Of a stretch of DNA of 64,000 nt, positions 1 to 11,200 are shown piece after piece. Every line of letters starts with the position of its first letter. Within the stretch, counting starts at the first letter, position 1. Made by a program: the position numbers and the translations under genes. A model generated the notes under the pieces. That model ran no database searches. It worked only from the letters and a program-made list of their open reading frames with translations, and was not told the origin of the DNA. Source of the DNA: Minisyncoccota bacterium (GTDB lineage Bacteria; Patescibacteriota; Minisyncoccia; Phycocordibacterales; UBA9973); NCBI GenBank assembly GCA_035994985.1, contig DASYKZ010000007.1, forward strand, positions 15,601 through 79,600. Reading direction: 5' to 3'.

Positions 1-183
1 CAGGTTTATAATTGGCGCTTCCAGGTTGGAGTTTTCAATAGAAACCGTATTTCTTTCCACCTGCCAGAATAAAAATATTCCAAGAAGGCCAAAAATAACT
101 ACAAAGGCGGTAATGCTCTGAACCCAAGGCTTTTTAAACATAGGTATTTTATTTATTTTTTGTTCAGTATCTTTTTCCATACA
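1..183 (-). CDS. N-terminal fragment of a membrane-anchored protein; the gene continues past the window start. Possibly a second HlyD-family periplasmic adaptor
   Basis: ATG at 181-183 on the minus strand, 2 nt after the stop of the upstream adaptor gene. Translation MEKDTEQKINKIPMFKKPWVQSITAFVVIFGLLGIFLFWQVERNTVSIENSNLEAPIINL shows one TM helix followed by an MFP-like start. Confidence 0.35.
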
Positions 184-185
184 TT

Positions 186-1298
186 TTAATTTAAAGAATC
201 ATTACTTGTAAATTCTATGGCGGCCGCATTTGGCACAGCTATCTGTCCCGGAGTAATAGACACTCTTACCACTGTTCCATCAGCCGGGGCGACAATAACG
301 GTATTTTTATAAGCAGCCTCGGCTATTTGCAACGCTCCGCCCGCATTTTGCACTTGGGCCTGGGCGGTAGCCACGTCTTCCGGACGAGCGGCAGTGACTA
401 TAGAAGCCAGAGACGCATTAGCTTGGTCGAGCGCAGCCTGCGCGCTTGCGATAGCTTGGTTTTTGTTTTGGATGGCAGAATCATATGCATTTAGGTTTGT
501 AGTATAATTAGTCCCGCTTTTATTTGGTATATGTATTGTCCAACTGTCACTGATTGAATGTCCGCTCGAACCATTTGGAAAAGCAACCAATAGCCCGCGC
601 GTTCCAAGCGGCTTTGGAAGCGTGCTAAACTCTGTGGTGCCCTTTTCAAGGCCCCCATATTTTAATTCCGAAAAATTGATATTTTTAAAAGCTAAGGAAT
701 AATCTCCCTGCAGAGTAGAATTATAGTCGCCAGATATGACCGGATTTTCTCCACCTTGTTCTTTTGAATCCGGCTCGGCGATAAGATTATCGGAATAAAG
801 TTTACGCTCCGCGTTTGCGACTAAAGTATTTTGCTGGCCAGTTACATGTTCCAAATTTATTTTTGCGTTATTAGCTGCGACTTTGGCCACATCAATAGTC
901 GGACCTGTAGCGCCATTGATTACTTTTTCGTAATTCGCCTGAGCTCCTTTATAAGCAGCCTGTGCTTGCTCCAATGCTCCAAGCACATTTCCAGCGTCTA
1001 GTGTAGCGAGAACTTGGTCTTTTTTAACTGTATCCCCCGCTTTTACCGAAACTGACTTGATTCTACCGGAAGCAAGAAATCCCAATGTAAGATTTCTTGG
1101 AGAAGAGTCTATACTTATGTTTGAGTCTGTAAATGTATTCTTCTCAGTACTAAAACTGCGGCTTTTGGCTATATACCAATAACCAAAAGCTCCAAGCACT
1201 AATGCAATGATAAGAGAAAGTATGATTACTCTCTTCGGATGATGTGGTAATGATATAATATGTTCTTTCATAATTTTTCTAATTTTACTGGGTAACAA
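186..1298 (-). CDS. HlyD/efflux-pump periplasmic adaptor (membrane fusion protein) family, atypical
   Basis: N-terminal TM helix, lipoyl-like hairpin (SVKAGDTVKKDQVLATLD), coiled-coil A/Q-rich segments, and a C-terminal 'IVAPADGTVVRVSITPGQIA' beta-barrel start. A long Ser/Gly/Asn-rich insertion is present. The C-terminal membrane-proximal domain appears absent. Confidence 0.6.
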   Translation of the reverse strand: MLPSKIRKIMKEHIISLPHHPKRVIILSLIIALVLGAFGYWYIAKSRSFSTEKNTFTDSNISIDSSPRNLTLGFLASGRIKSVSVKAGDTVKKDQVLATLDAGNVLGALEQAQAAYKGAQANYEKVINGATGPTIDVAKVAANNAKINLEHVTGQQNTLVANAERKLYSDNLIAEPDSKEQGGENPVISGDYNSTLQGDYSLAFKNINFSELKYGGLEKGTTEFSTLPKPLGTRGLLVAFPNGSSGHSISDSWTIHIPNKSGTNYTTNLNAYDSAIQNKNQAIASAQAALDQANASLASIVTAARPEDVATAQAQVQNAGGALQIAEAAYKNTVIVAPADGTVVRVSITPGQIAVPNAAAIEFTSNDSLN

Positions 1299-1707
1299 TA
1301 ATTCTAATAATACGCTCCAGGGTTTTGCGGTCCCTTGGCAGCAACTTGGAAGTCATTTTTTTGAAAATGGCGTCTTTTCGCTTTGATAAGGAGGAGAAAA
1401 GTTTTTTGGCCCTCGGGGACAAAGTAATAAATACAATTCGCCGGTCATTTTTATTGCTTGTACGCCTAACCAGATTTTTCTTTTCCATTTCAGAAATTAT
1501 TTCGGTAGCAGACGGCGGAGCAACTTTCAAATAATCCGCTATATTCTTCATGGTCTTCTTGCCGGATTGGCCCACAAAACGCAAAACTTCTACTTGGGAA
1601 AAAGTAAGGTCATCTTTAAAGCCTTCTTTTTGGATACTCTCTAATATGTTTCTCCTGAAAATAAGGAGAAGCTCTCCGAGATTGGGTTTAGGGTCTATTT
1701 CTTTCAT
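1285..1707 (-). CDS. MarR-family transcriptional regulator
   Basis: 140 aa with a winged-HTH pattern (TFSQVEVLRFVGQSGKKTMKNIADYLKVAPPSATEIISEMEKKNLVRRTSNKNDRRIVFITLSPRAKKL). Overlaps the downstream adaptor gene by 14 nt, suggesting an operon. Confidence 0.75.
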   Translation of the reverse strand: MKEIDPKPNLGELLLIFRRNILESIQKEGFKDDLTFSQVEVLRFVGQSGKKTMKNIADYLKVAPPSATEIISEMEKKNLVRRTSNKNDRRIVFITLSPRAKKLFSSLSKRKDAIFKKMTSKLLPRDRKTLERIIRIIVTQ

Positions 1708-1715
1708 ATGTTACG

Positions 1716-1800
1716 TATATACTTAATTCGCCTAATAGTTAGGTAAGCTAAGTATATTCTATTTTAACTATTTTGTCAACTAAAAATATAGTATAATAAG
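1716..1800. promoter_or_regulatory. Divergent promoter/operator region between marR and the MFS gene
   Basis: Palindrome cctaatagttagg and a TATAAT-like 'gtataataagg' just upstream of the MFS start. Inference only. Confidence 0.3.
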
Positions 1801-1802
1801 GC

Positions 1803-3041
1803 ATGCTTAAAAAGCCAAAAAGCATACAAGGCATATATTTTTACCTGATAACCGGAAATACTTTGGCTGCTTCTTTTATCTGGGGTATCAACACCATTTT
1901 TTTACTGGATGCGGGGCTGAGCAATTTCCAGGCTTTTCTGGCCAACGCTTTTTTTACTTTAGGGCAGGTAATTTTTGAGGTACCCACAGGTATTGTGGCG
2001 GATACATGGGGCAGGCGGATGTCTTACCTTCTCGGAACTGTTACCCTGATTTTTTCAACTCTACTGTATGTTTTTATGTGGAAAATTCATGGGCCATTTT
2101 GGGGTTGGGCGGCCTCTTCCCTTCTTCTCGGCCTTGGGTTTACTTTTTTTTCCGGGGCGGTGGAGGCATGGCTGGTAGATGCTTTGCAAGCGGAAAATTT
2201 TGAAGGCAAACTGGAGGGAATTTTTGCGAAAGGACAAATCTTCAGCGGAGCAGCTATGCTTGCGGGCTCTCTCTTGGGAGGGATAATAGCCCAATTTACC
2301 AGCTTGGGAATTCCTTATATTTTACGGTCAGCTGTTTTATTGATAAATTTTTGGATAGCTTTTTTCCTCATGAAAGACCTCGGTTTTATTCCAAAGAAAC
2401 CTGAAAGGGCATTTAAAGAAATGAAGAAAATTTTTACCAGTTCCATCAATAATGGCCTTAGAAAACCGGCAATTAGATGGGTCATGCTCGCGGCGCCGTT
2501 TACGGCGGGCGTAAGCTTTTATATTTTCTATGCTTTGCAGCCGTTTTTACTGAAGCTATATGGAAATGAAAAAGCCTATGGTATCGCCGGGCTGGTGGCT
2601 GCCATCATGGCGGGCGCCCAGATTGCCGGAGGCTTGGGAGCGCCATATTTTAGAAAATTATTTATCAGGCGGACTACGGCGATGATTTTTGGAATACTTG
2701 GAGCAGGGCTTATCCTCATTTTAGTTTCACTAACCGGCAATTTTTATGCCGTTATTGTTCTCATATTCTCTTGGGGACTCGTTTCCGCGGCCATAATGCC
2801 TATACGGCAGACATATCTAAATGAGCTCATTCCTTCCGGACAGAGAGCCACTGTCCTATCCTTTGATTCATTTATGGGTTCAGCCGGAGGGATAATAGTC
2901 CAGCCAGTTTTAGGCAAGGCGGCTGATGTCTGGAATTATGGAACGTCGTATATGATCGCCGCTTTTTTCCAGCTGGCCGCTTTACCGTTTATTTATCTGG
3001 CACGCCAGGAAAAATCCCCATCAGATTTTTCGGAAAAGTAA
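1803..3041 (+). CDS. MFS transporter
   Basis: 412 aa with ~12 predicted TM helices and an MFS-like motif GIVADTWGRRMSYLLG (the G-x3-D-R/K-x-G-R-R signature between TM2 and TM3). Confidence 0.8.
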   Translation: MLKKPKSIQGIYFYLITGNTLAASFIWGINTIFLLDAGLSNFQAFLANAFFTLGQVIFEVPTGIVADTWGRRMSYLLGTVTLIFSTLLYVFMWKIHGPFWGWAASSLLLGLGFTFFSGAVEAWLVDALQAENFEGKLEGIFAKGQIFSGAAMLAGSLLGGIIAQFTSLGIPYILRSAVLLINFWIAFFLMKDLGFIPKKPERAFKEMKKIFTSSINNGLRKPAIRWVMLAAPFTAGVSFYIFYALQPFLLKLYGNEKAYGIAGLVAAIMAGAQIAGGLGAPYFRKLFIRRTTAMIFGILGAGLILILVSLTGNFYAVIVLIFSWGLVSAAIMPIRQTYLNELIPSGQRATVLSFDSFMGSAGGIIVQPVLGKAADVWNYGTSYMIAAFFQLAALPFIYLARQEKSPSDFSEK

Positions 3042-3047
3042 AATATT

Positions 3048-3263
3048 TTATTTTTTAGATAATCTGACAAGGTCGTATATGGCGGAAATAGTAAAAATGG
3101 CTTGTAAAATTATAAAAATAGTATCTTGTAGATGAATACTGTATATTTCTAAGCTAACTCCTCCAATAATATATAAAATATTTTGATGCTTTCGGTCTTT
3201 TGTAACAATTCCCCATGCAATCAAAAGCAGTCCAATTGCTCCGATTATTTTAAAAAGATTCAT
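3048..3263 (-). CDS. small integral membrane protein (2-3 TM); possibly lipid-A-disaccharide-synthase-N-terminal-like/DUF-type
   Basis: 71 aa, hydrophobic; MNLFKIIGAIGLLLIAWGIVTKDRKHQNILYIIGGVSLEIYSIHL. Confidence 0.4.
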   Translation of the reverse strand: MNLFKIIGAIGLLLIAWGIVTKDRKHQNILYIIGGVSLEIYSIHLQDTIFIILQAIFTISAIYDLVRLSKK

Positions 3264-3307
3264 GCTTAAAATTATAGCAGATTCTAATTGAAACCGCTGT
3301 CTCCGGA

Positions 3308-3712
3308 CTAAAGCAAAGAACTTTTAACCCAAAGATTTTTATATTGCCCCCGATTTTGCCAAAGGAAATATATATTGAGTAAAAGCAGAGCATCAGCAGG
3401 GACAGCACCGCCTGTGAACAATCCACCATCTAAAAATAAATGAAAAGCCACAATATTAACCGTTATCGGTAATATCAGAATAGCTGCGATTGCCATACGA
3501 TTCATGGCTGTAAGCACGATAGCTGCTAAAAATACCAGGGCTTCGATATATAGTATGTACTTAGTAATAAACAGCATATTAATAAAAGCAAATGCTTCCG
3601 GAGTATTGTATAGGTCCGGCGTGGGTGCAGGTAAAATACCCAAGACTCCCAAAATAGGCGTAGCCAAAATAAGGCAAAAAATGACTCTAAAAACAATGTT
3701 GATTATTTTCAT
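3308..3712 (-). CDS. hypothetical polytopic membrane protein
   Basis: 134 aa with 4 predicted TM helices. Confidence 0.45.
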   Translation of the reverse strand: MKIINIVFRVIFCLILATPILGVLGILPAPTPDLYNTPEAFAFINMLFITKYILYIEALVFLAAIVLTAMNRMAIAAILILPITVNIVAFHLFLDGGLFTGGAVPADALLLLNIYFLWQNRGQYKNLWVKSSLL

Positions 3713-3838
3713 AATTTTAATTTTATCTTAAAATAAAGATTTTTACCAGCTCCATATAGTATACAAATTCAGAACTAAAGTGCAATGGAGTGTCGTTAAA
3801 AGCGAGTTGCAATTTAGTGGCATTTTAAATCTTTTTAC

Positions 3839-4372
3839 CTAACTATTTTCGATACCGCCTTTTTGCTTTTGACACGCAATATACCAAATATCCTTTAAAA
3901 CAAAGAATATTAGGCTAAGCAAAAATGCGGTACTTCCTACGAACACCAGGCCGCTTCCCGCGGTCGGATATGGCAAAAACATGAAAGTTGCGAGTACAGC
4001 TAACGTAACCACAGCCATAAGTACATGAATAATCGGCCCTAGTTCTTCATCACGTCTTTTTATGAAAGTGAGTGTATCATCACTCTTATTCGGCATTTGG
4101 TTTGACTTATGTTCACCCAAAACAGCGTTTATTACCACAGCGGTTAAGAGTACATATAATGAAACCACAAATAAAATCCCGGCTGTCATAGCTATATCTT
4201 TTACTCCATTATCAAAGTGAATACGTCCAAACACAACTATCCGCCAAAACAAGCAAACAATCAGAGCTATGATAATTGGACGTAAAATAAGCCAGATTAT
4301 TTTCTTCGTCATTCTGAGTGCTCTTTCTCGGCTCTCCTTTTCAAACTTCAGTGATTTTCTTAAAGTATCCAT
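3839..4372 (-). CDS. hypothetical membrane protein
   Basis: 177 aa with basic N-terminus and 4 TM helices; 6 nt downstream of the large secreted protein gene. Confidence 0.45.
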   Translation of the reverse strand: MDTLRKSLKFEKESRERALRMTKKIIWLILRPIIIALIVCLFWRIVVFGRIHFDNGVKDIAMTAGILFVVSLYVLLTAVVINAVLGEHKSNQMPNKSDDTLTFIKRRDEELGPIIHVLMAVVTLAVLATFMFLPYPTAGSGLVFVGSTAFLLSLIFFVLKDIWYIACQKQKGGIENS

Positions 4373-4378
4373 TGCTAT

Positions 4379-7300
4379 TTAGTGACTTATCACAACAGGT
4401 GTAACCGAGTACACAGTCACTGTGCCGTTAACACTGTCAGTTATATCCGCCCGAATATATTTTGAACTTAAGGATATTCCTGATGTATCCCATACATATT
4501 CATCAGTCGGGTCATCTTCATTTACAGTGGTAATTGAAGTATGGTTGCTATTTGATGGATTAGTATCAGGGTCATAATAGAGGGCTATAGAGGCGTTTTC
4601 TTCCGGATCCTCGTCTATCCACTTGATTGTGTAACTTGCATCGGCGTTGGCGGAAACTGCCGCAGTAGGAGCCGTAAATGTGAAGGTTGGCGATGCATTG
4701 CCTGCGGTAAGCTCAAATGTTCCGCCCCACTCAGTTGCGGTTGAATCTTTACCGGCAAAGTCTCGTGCTATTACTTTAATTTTATACCCCGTACCGAGAA
4801 GGGTTCCCGGAATATCCCACGCATAGGTACGGGTACCGGAGAGAAGGCCTTCCTCGGTGCCTATCAGATACCATGTTGAATCAGCCGGTTCGTAATAATA
4901 GAATGAGGTGCTTTGGACTATGCCGGGAGAGGTTCCGATATCATCTCCAACCGTATACTGAATCAGTTCTCTTTCTTTATTCTCCATTACCTTGTCTGAT
5001 TCTCCAACTATAGAAACAGAGGTAACAGTCGGATTCGCGGTATCAGGTTTAAGGTTCGTATAGATATTTACTCCGGTAACTGCGGTATTGTAGTTGATGT
5101 ATTTGTTAGTGTATGTCTCATAGCGGAAATTTGATACGCGAGCATATGAAGATCCCCATGGCACATTACTTTGCGTGTATGTGCCATCGTCCGCATCTGA
5201 AACAGTATTAGTGCCTGTTGTCACTCCGAGAACATCAACACCCTTAACTGCTCCATCAACCGCTTTTACAGTGCCGGACGTAGTACCGGCAATATAATTG
5301 TTCGCATTAGAACTTACTTTCACCTGCGCGGGAGTAGAGAAGAAATAAATGCTGCCGCCGGAAGACGAGGTGCCTAACGTTGCTTCATAGGTAGTACCTT
5401 CTACTAAACTTCCAACGGTAACATTGGTTCCCGGATACGACACATTTGCCGCAGACCACGTGCTCGTTCCTAAAACCCGGAGCATGATGACATACTTGTT
5501 TAGGTTTGGGTCGCTCTTGGCTGGCCAGCGCCATGTTATTGCCGGAGTTCCACCGGAGGAAACGCTCTTGTATGCAACATAATACATTGGGAGCGCCGGT
5601 CTGCTTGCGGGGTCCGCAGCAAAAGTCAGAATTTCCGCATACCGTGAGTCAGGATGAATAACTTCATTCTCTCCTTCGGCAAATACTTTAAATGATACTG
5701 CTCCCAGAAAACTTCTTGATCCTGATATGCCAAGCGTAACATTGAGAGTCGAATTGGCGTTAACAACGATGCTGTTGGCCGCAAGGTCCACAGTCGCATA
5801 ACCATAATCGTCAGTAATGATATGTAATTTCCCACTATCAATTGCAGTATTGCCATTATTTACCAAAACAATTCTTATATTTGTCGTACCGCCGGTCGTA
5901 AGCGTTGTGAGCGGCACAAGGTCAGTAATTGCGAGCTGACCTGAATCAGTAGAAACCGAAAGTGCTTTAACGACTTTCGCTGTGGTGTATAGGTCGCTGT
6001 CAAAACTGCCGTTACCTGCCTGCTCGTCTTCAAAGTACTCTACTGTATCAAGCTGGTATGTTGGCACTTCTCCTGAAGCTTTTATGGCGTGATATGCCAA
6101 TGCCGTATTAAGTGTATTGTTTTCCCACGTACCGTCTGAAAGCTGGGCAGTAGTGAGGGCAGCGACTGCTGGATTGAGTGTATCGTCAATTGCAATCGGT
6201 CCCATTGTACGATGCCTCCATAAAAGTAATGCTTCAACTACTTCAGCTGTGGTTGCAAAAGGGCTTGTTCCAAAGTTTGAGATACTCCAACCATCATCAA
6301 ATCGCTTTGTATTAATTAAATAGTGAAGCGCTAAAGACTGGGTTTTGTTTATTGATGGACCTGGGTCTTCATACTCTGCAGTAGAAAGAGCTTGGATAGC
6401 TTGAGTAGTAGTTATCGGATCGGCTTTATAGCTTGAATTGAAAATAAAACCTCCTGTATCTTCATCAAGTCCTCTCACGAGTGCTTCAACTGTTGATCCA
6501 GTATCTTCTGCCGCTACTTCCAAAATTTTAATCTGTTTAGCAAGATAATCATTGTTTTCTGTAACATAAGAAGATATCCATGCAATACCATTGTCAACTT
6601 CTGTACCTGTTACATTTTGCGACTGCAGAGCATCCAGCACCGCAGAAGTAGTGACAAACTGGGTGGAACCACTGCCCCATGATCCGTCAGCATTTTGCTC
6701 ACCCAGAAGATAATTAATCGCGTCCTCGCTTACTGATGCCGCATCCGCGAAAGCGCTTGAAGGAGATACCCAACTGACAATTTCACTAAAAGTATTTTTG
6801 ATTGCATTTTTCACTTTTTGGAAAATAGTTTCTTCAACTTTTTCTGCAGGATCTACGGTCTCCATATCTAGCACCTTCACTTTTAGTTCTTCCGGCTGCT
6901 CTTCAAAAGCGATAGCCTTTGAAGCATCCAATGTCTGCATGCTATTAACATTTAAAATTTCATTTGCCGGTTCAATACGGCCCTGTGCGTCTAAATCAAG
7001 ATAGTCTTTCGGGAGTTGCCTTATATCAACAAGCTTTTTAGCTATGGAAAATCTTAAGCCCTCATTCATTTCCGCCTTCCTTTCTATTTTGGTAGATGGC
7101 CACATGAATATAGTCCGATCAATGGAAGCTTTATCACTACGATATGCTTTTATTAATTCTTTTATATCCGAAGATATGGCAAGCGTACTCAGGGCTTCAT
7201 CAGAATTAAGCGCGAGAGCTTTGCCGTGTATGTTTACTTTTTGCTCCCAATCTACTCTGGAAATATCGGGTATGATACTTGATCCGGTATCCACCTTGGG

Positions 7301-7450
7301 GATTTGAATTAAAGATTCAAGCGGTACGAACTGCGAGGGTATCATTTGAGCTTTAGCAGAATAAGGAATAACAGAAGGAAATAGAATGCTGGCTAATAAA
7401 AATACTGATAGTATTTTTGAGAATATATTTGTTTTCATATTTTTATGCAT
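4379..7450 (-). CDS. large secreted surface protein: signal peptide, prenyltransferase/squalene-cyclase-like alpha/alpha-toroid repeats, CARDB-like and Fn3/Ig-like beta domains
   Basis: N-terminal signal peptide MHKNMKTNIFSKILSVFLLASILFPSVIPYSAKAQ. Repeated Q/xxDGSW-type units (LGEQNADGSWGSG, RFDDGWSISNFG, QLSDGTWENNTL, QAGNGSFDSDLY). CARDB-like 'NIRIVLVNNGNTAIDSGKLHI'. Fn3-like 'PAITWRWPAKSDPNLNKYVIMLRV…GTTYEATLGT'. No CxEQ thioester motif. Confidence 0.6.
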   Translation of the reverse strand: MHKNMKTNIFSKILSVFLLASILFPSVIPYSAKAQMIPSQFVPLESLIQIPKVDTGSSIIPDISRVDWEQKVNIHGKALALNSDEALSTLAISSDIKELIKAYRSDKASIDRTIFMWPSTKIERKAEMNEGLRFSIAKKLVDIRQLPKDYLDLDAQGRIEPANEILNVNSMQTLDASKAIAFEEQPEELKVKVLDMETVDPAEKVEETIFQKVKNAIKNTFSEIVSWVSPSSAFADAASVSEDAINYLLGEQNADGSWGSGSTQFVTTSAVLDALQSQNVTGTEVDNGIAWISSYVTENNDYLAKQIKILEVAAEDTGSTVEALVRGLDEDTGGFIFNSSYKADPITTTQAIQALSTAEYEDPGPSINKTQSLALHYLINTKRFDDGWSISNFGTSPFATTAEVVEALLLWRHRTMGPIAIDDTLNPAVAALTTAQLSDGTWENNTLNTALAYHAIKASGEVPTYQLDTVEYFEDEQAGNGSFDSDLYTTAKVVKALSVSTDSGQLAITDLVPLTTLTTGGTTNIRIVLVNNGNTAIDSGKLHIITDDYGYATVDLAANSIVVNANSTLNVTLGISGSRSFLGAVSFKVFAEGENEVIHPDSRYAEILTFAADPASRPALPMYYVAYKSVSSGGTPAITWRWPAKSDPNLNKYVIMLRVLGTSTWSAANVSYPGTNVTVGSLVEGTTYEATLGTSSSGGSIYFFSTPAQVKVSSNANNYIAGTTSGTVKAVDGAVKGVDVLGVTTGTNTVSDADDGTYTQSNVPWGSSYARVSNFRYETYTNKYINYNTAVTGVNIYTNLKPDTANPTVTSVSIVGESDKVMENKERELIQYTVGDDIGTSPGIVQSTSFYYYEPADSTWYLIGTEEGLLSGTRTYAWDIPGTLLGTGYKIKVIARDFAGKDSTATEWGGTFELTAGNASPTFTFTAPTAAVSANADASYTIKWIDEDPEENASIALYYDPDTNPSNSNHTSITTVNEDDPTDEYVWDTSGISLSSKYIRADITDSVNGTVTVYSVTPVVISH

Positions 7451-7465
7451 AATTATTATTAATTT

Positions 7466-8257
7466 TTAACTTTTAAAATATTCATTAAAACTATCAGTCC
7501 AAATGCTGCAATTTTTCTTGTTTTCAAGAATCTTGACTATGCCTCCTGTCGGATTAATTTCTGCAACTTGGCAATCGTTCTCATTTTCAGTATCACTATT
7601 CCATCCAAAACGAACGCTTTTTATAGGAACAAGAGTATTTCCTTCAAGCTTATATTGAGTTTTCGTATTTGAATCGGATCCGTGATTTGTTAGATAAATT
7701 CGACTAGCTTTGTACTCAATAGTATCGAATTCGACCGAATTATCTGGATAACCTTCTAGCTTTATATTTTCTAAACTATTTCCTTCCATTCGAAGTATTT
7801 CGAAGGAGGAGTTATTACTTCCCGTAGTTTGCAATTTTACAAACAACTCTTCAAGTCCATCATTAGTAATGTCTTTTTTAGAAAAGTTATATTTTACTTG
7901 AATACCATCTTCAGGGGATATAGATACACCAACTTCTTTAAGCAGTTTAATTTTTGGACTTAATGAGTAAAACCGATATATTTCCGCTTCGTTTTTGTAG
8001 TTTTCTACAACCAAATATAAGATATTGGCACCAATTCTAATTTCTGTTGCATAGTATTCGGTAGCATTTATAAGATAATGATTGTCGTCTTTTTCTTGAA
8101 TAGTAGAATTTGGGAAAATTTCAGAAAGAAACGACGGCTTTTCTTTCTTTTCTTTGCTGAAACTAGAGAATATTACTACAAAAGCTATCACTATGAGAAG
8201 TACTAAAATGCTAATAATATTTCTTCCTGTTATTAAGTTTTTTTTCTTAAATATCAT
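7466..8257 (-). CDS. hypothetical N-terminally membrane-anchored exported protein
   Basis: 263 aa, one N-terminal TM (ISILVLLIVIAFVVIFSSF). Sits between the two large secreted-protein genes with 15-nt and 4-nt gaps. Confidence 0.5.
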   Translation of the reverse strand: MIFKKKNLITGRNIISILVLLIVIAFVVIFSSFSKEKKEKPSFLSEIFPNSTIQEKDDNHYLINATEYYATEIRIGANILYLVVENYKNEAEIYRFYSLSPKIKLLKEVGVSISPEDGIQVKYNFSKKDITNDGLEELFVKLQTTGSNNSSFEILRMEGNSLENIKLEGYPDNSVEFDTIEYKASRIYLTNHGSDSNTKTQYKLEGNTLVPIKSVRFGWNSDTENENDCQVAEINPTGGIVKILENKKNCSIWTDSFNEYFKS

Positions 8258-8261
8258 AGTT

Positions 8262-11200
8262 TTAATATGTTAAGGTTTTACCGTAAGGAATATCTTGGTC
8301 CGAAGCCCAGCAATATTCCAAAGAATCATTGGTCTTCGCACCTATTGCCTTCATTGCTTCTGGAGAAGCTCCCGCAACTTTATTTGTTGTAATATGAGGA
8401 CCATAATCTAATATTCCAGATAAAACTGCTTTTCCTGTTACGGAATTTTTAATCCAAACTTTTTTACCAAAATACCATTTCTGCTCCGTTAACCTTTCTG
8501 GCATATCAAAATCTGTATACTTCCATCTCATATTCACATAGAATTTTTCATGGTCATTAGAATTTGCAGGTTGCGCAAATGCACCATAACGAATAGACAT
8601 ATTCCAGTATTTGCCAGTCTTTGGGTCTATCCATGGATTATTTATATTACTTGATTGATTTCCTAAATCAATCAAAAATTGAGATGTTGTCGGATGACTA
8701 TGTATATCGTCCTGTTTATTGTATTGAATTTGGCCACCATGTCGTGTTTGATAAGTTCCAGAATTTTTATCTATAAAGAGTGGCAAGTGCATTTCTTCTG
8801 CTATTGTACCAGAAGTAGCGGGTAAGCTTCTTCCCTCAAGAGTTGTTGTACATACTACGGAAGTAGGGTTGGAACCTTTTACAATATTTACATCAACTGA
8901 GGAACTAGTACCGTAGCCCGAATGCAAAGTTATGGTCTGTATGGGAAAGGTTGTCGTATTAATATCTCCTTCTTCATCCCAATCGTGAAAAATCGAATCA
9001 TAACTCGCACTCCAGTGAATATCTTCACCTCGTTTTACAGTAGCATTATTCGTAGGTGAATTAATCGTAGCGGTAAGTCCGGGTAATGTATGAGCTCGCC
9101 AGAAATTGGACCAGCCTGTTGGGAATTGTTCTACAGTATATCCACCGTTAAGCCCTTCTCCAATCGCGTAAGTTCCATCGCCGACATCATAGTCTAAGGC
9201 AATATAAAAGAGGCCTTCCCAGTCTCCGTAAGTAATTGAGTCCGAGGGTGTATAAATTATTTTTCCATCGCCAATGGCATCATGAAAAACGGTTTTCATT
9301 CCAGGAGAGATAGATAGAGAATCAATGTCTCCCTCGTTTGCTTCTGTTATTTTCTCGAGAGTTATCCCTGGAAATTCTCCGTCTGCGACTAATTTTAATC
9401 CTTTTACCGTTGCTACTGATTCTATGTCAAAATTATCCTCAAAGATATCTGATTCATCTTGAGATCCTTGAAGCCCGAACAAAGCCATAAATTCTTTTCT
9501 ATTAGAATATATATCATCCCCGAACCTACTAAAATATCGAACCAGCGAAGAAGAGTCAATTCGCAGTCCTTTCCATTCAAACGAATATGGCTGTCCACTG
9601 CTGTATGTTACTTCTACGCCATTAGAAATCGCTGCGCTTGTGGCACGATTAGTAAAATCTCCTCCTGTGATACCGGCAAGTTCACGATGATTTTTCTGTA
9701 AGCGGCCTAAATAATCTACTCCTGTGCGATATAGCTTTTGGCTTTGCATAAATGTACCGCTATCCGTATCTTCATCTGGACGTAGTATGCTTGGGACAAT
9801 ACGGTCAGTATTCAAAGCAACTCCGTCCGTAGTTCCAGTTACAATGCTTTTTTCTAGAGTTTCTGCAAGTTCAGAATCCACTGAATCACCTATGTCTCGA
9901 ATCGGCACGTTAAATTCCATTTTGTATTTATGCACTTTCCCAAGAATATCGCTTGCTGTTCCGGTCGCAACAATATCGCCCCCAACTCTTATTTTAGGCT
10001 TCACATCTGCTAGAGTAAGAGGGACGACATCGTAAATAGTATCAAATCCGTCAATTATAGTCTGGTCTTCCGGGGTTGCCGCTTCATATGTAACTAGAAT
10101 TTCGCGATTAGCCAAGTCTGAAATAAAAGCAGTATAGGTAAGAACTTCTGTACTTGTTGTATCAGTTACCGTAAAGTCTATTGTATGACGCAGAGAAGTT
10201 GGGATATAGTCATAGGTGTTAAGATCAGTCGAAATTTCATACGGCAACGACCCTGGGACAGTTTCAAGCTCCATATTTGCACCAAACTTACGCATCAAGA
10301 CTTCTTGATATGTATAGCTATCATTGTCGGCAGGAGGATTAGCTATAAGCCAGTCCTCAACTTTACCTTGAAAGACCTCAAGAGGTTCCTGTGTTGCATA
10401 ATCTCCATTCAAATAGTCATCAAAAAAATCTTCTATGTCAAAACCGTCACTATTCATTTCATCAACTGCATCTACAACCTGAGAATATAAATAAGAATTG
10501 AAAGTAGGGTCCATGGCTACCCATTGAGACTCGCCACCATCATTTAAATCTGCGCCACGGCTATAGCCGTAAGGCATATATGCTTCAACATATGTATGTT
10601 CCAGCACAAAAAATACAGGTTCGTCATTTTGGGTATACATGATATAAGGTATATCCTCTAAAGAGAGAATTTCAGCAGCTCTTATAGGTGAATCTACTCC
10701 AAGCAGTCCTGTGACTGTGGATATTTCAACTTTCACATCAGCGTGGCGATAGCGGGCAGGAATATCACTATACCTAAGCATGGCAACAAGCAGGGACGAT
10801 TTATCCATGTCATTTCCGGCAAGTTCAACGAGAGTTCCATCTGATCCTTTCTTTGATCCGTAATATGGTATGTATTCAATTTCGTTTCGTAAAAAATTCA
10901 ATATTTTCAAAGGATCATTGGATAATTCGTCCGCTTTGTCTTGAATGGCCTGTGAAAATTTTATCTCATTTCCTTCCGCAATATAGTCATCCGGGTCGTT
11001 GCTGGCATCTGCATATATTTTTTCTCCTCCAAATAGCCAAGAGATTATGCCGCCTTTTTCTTTAGTTTTATCAAAGTCAGAGTTATAGAAAGTTCCATCA
11101 AGTAGGAAATTTTTAACTTTCTGAAGAAAGTTACCATGTTCTTTGGCCTGTTCAAATTTTTTCTCATAATCGTCTGCTGGAGCGGTATTTATCTTACCGT

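Noticed and set aside
4379-7450. Alpha2-macroglobulin-type thioester protein
   Set aside because: Toroid repeats and beta-sandwich domains are present, but no CxEQ thioester motif. Called only as terpene-cyclase-like repeat surface protein.
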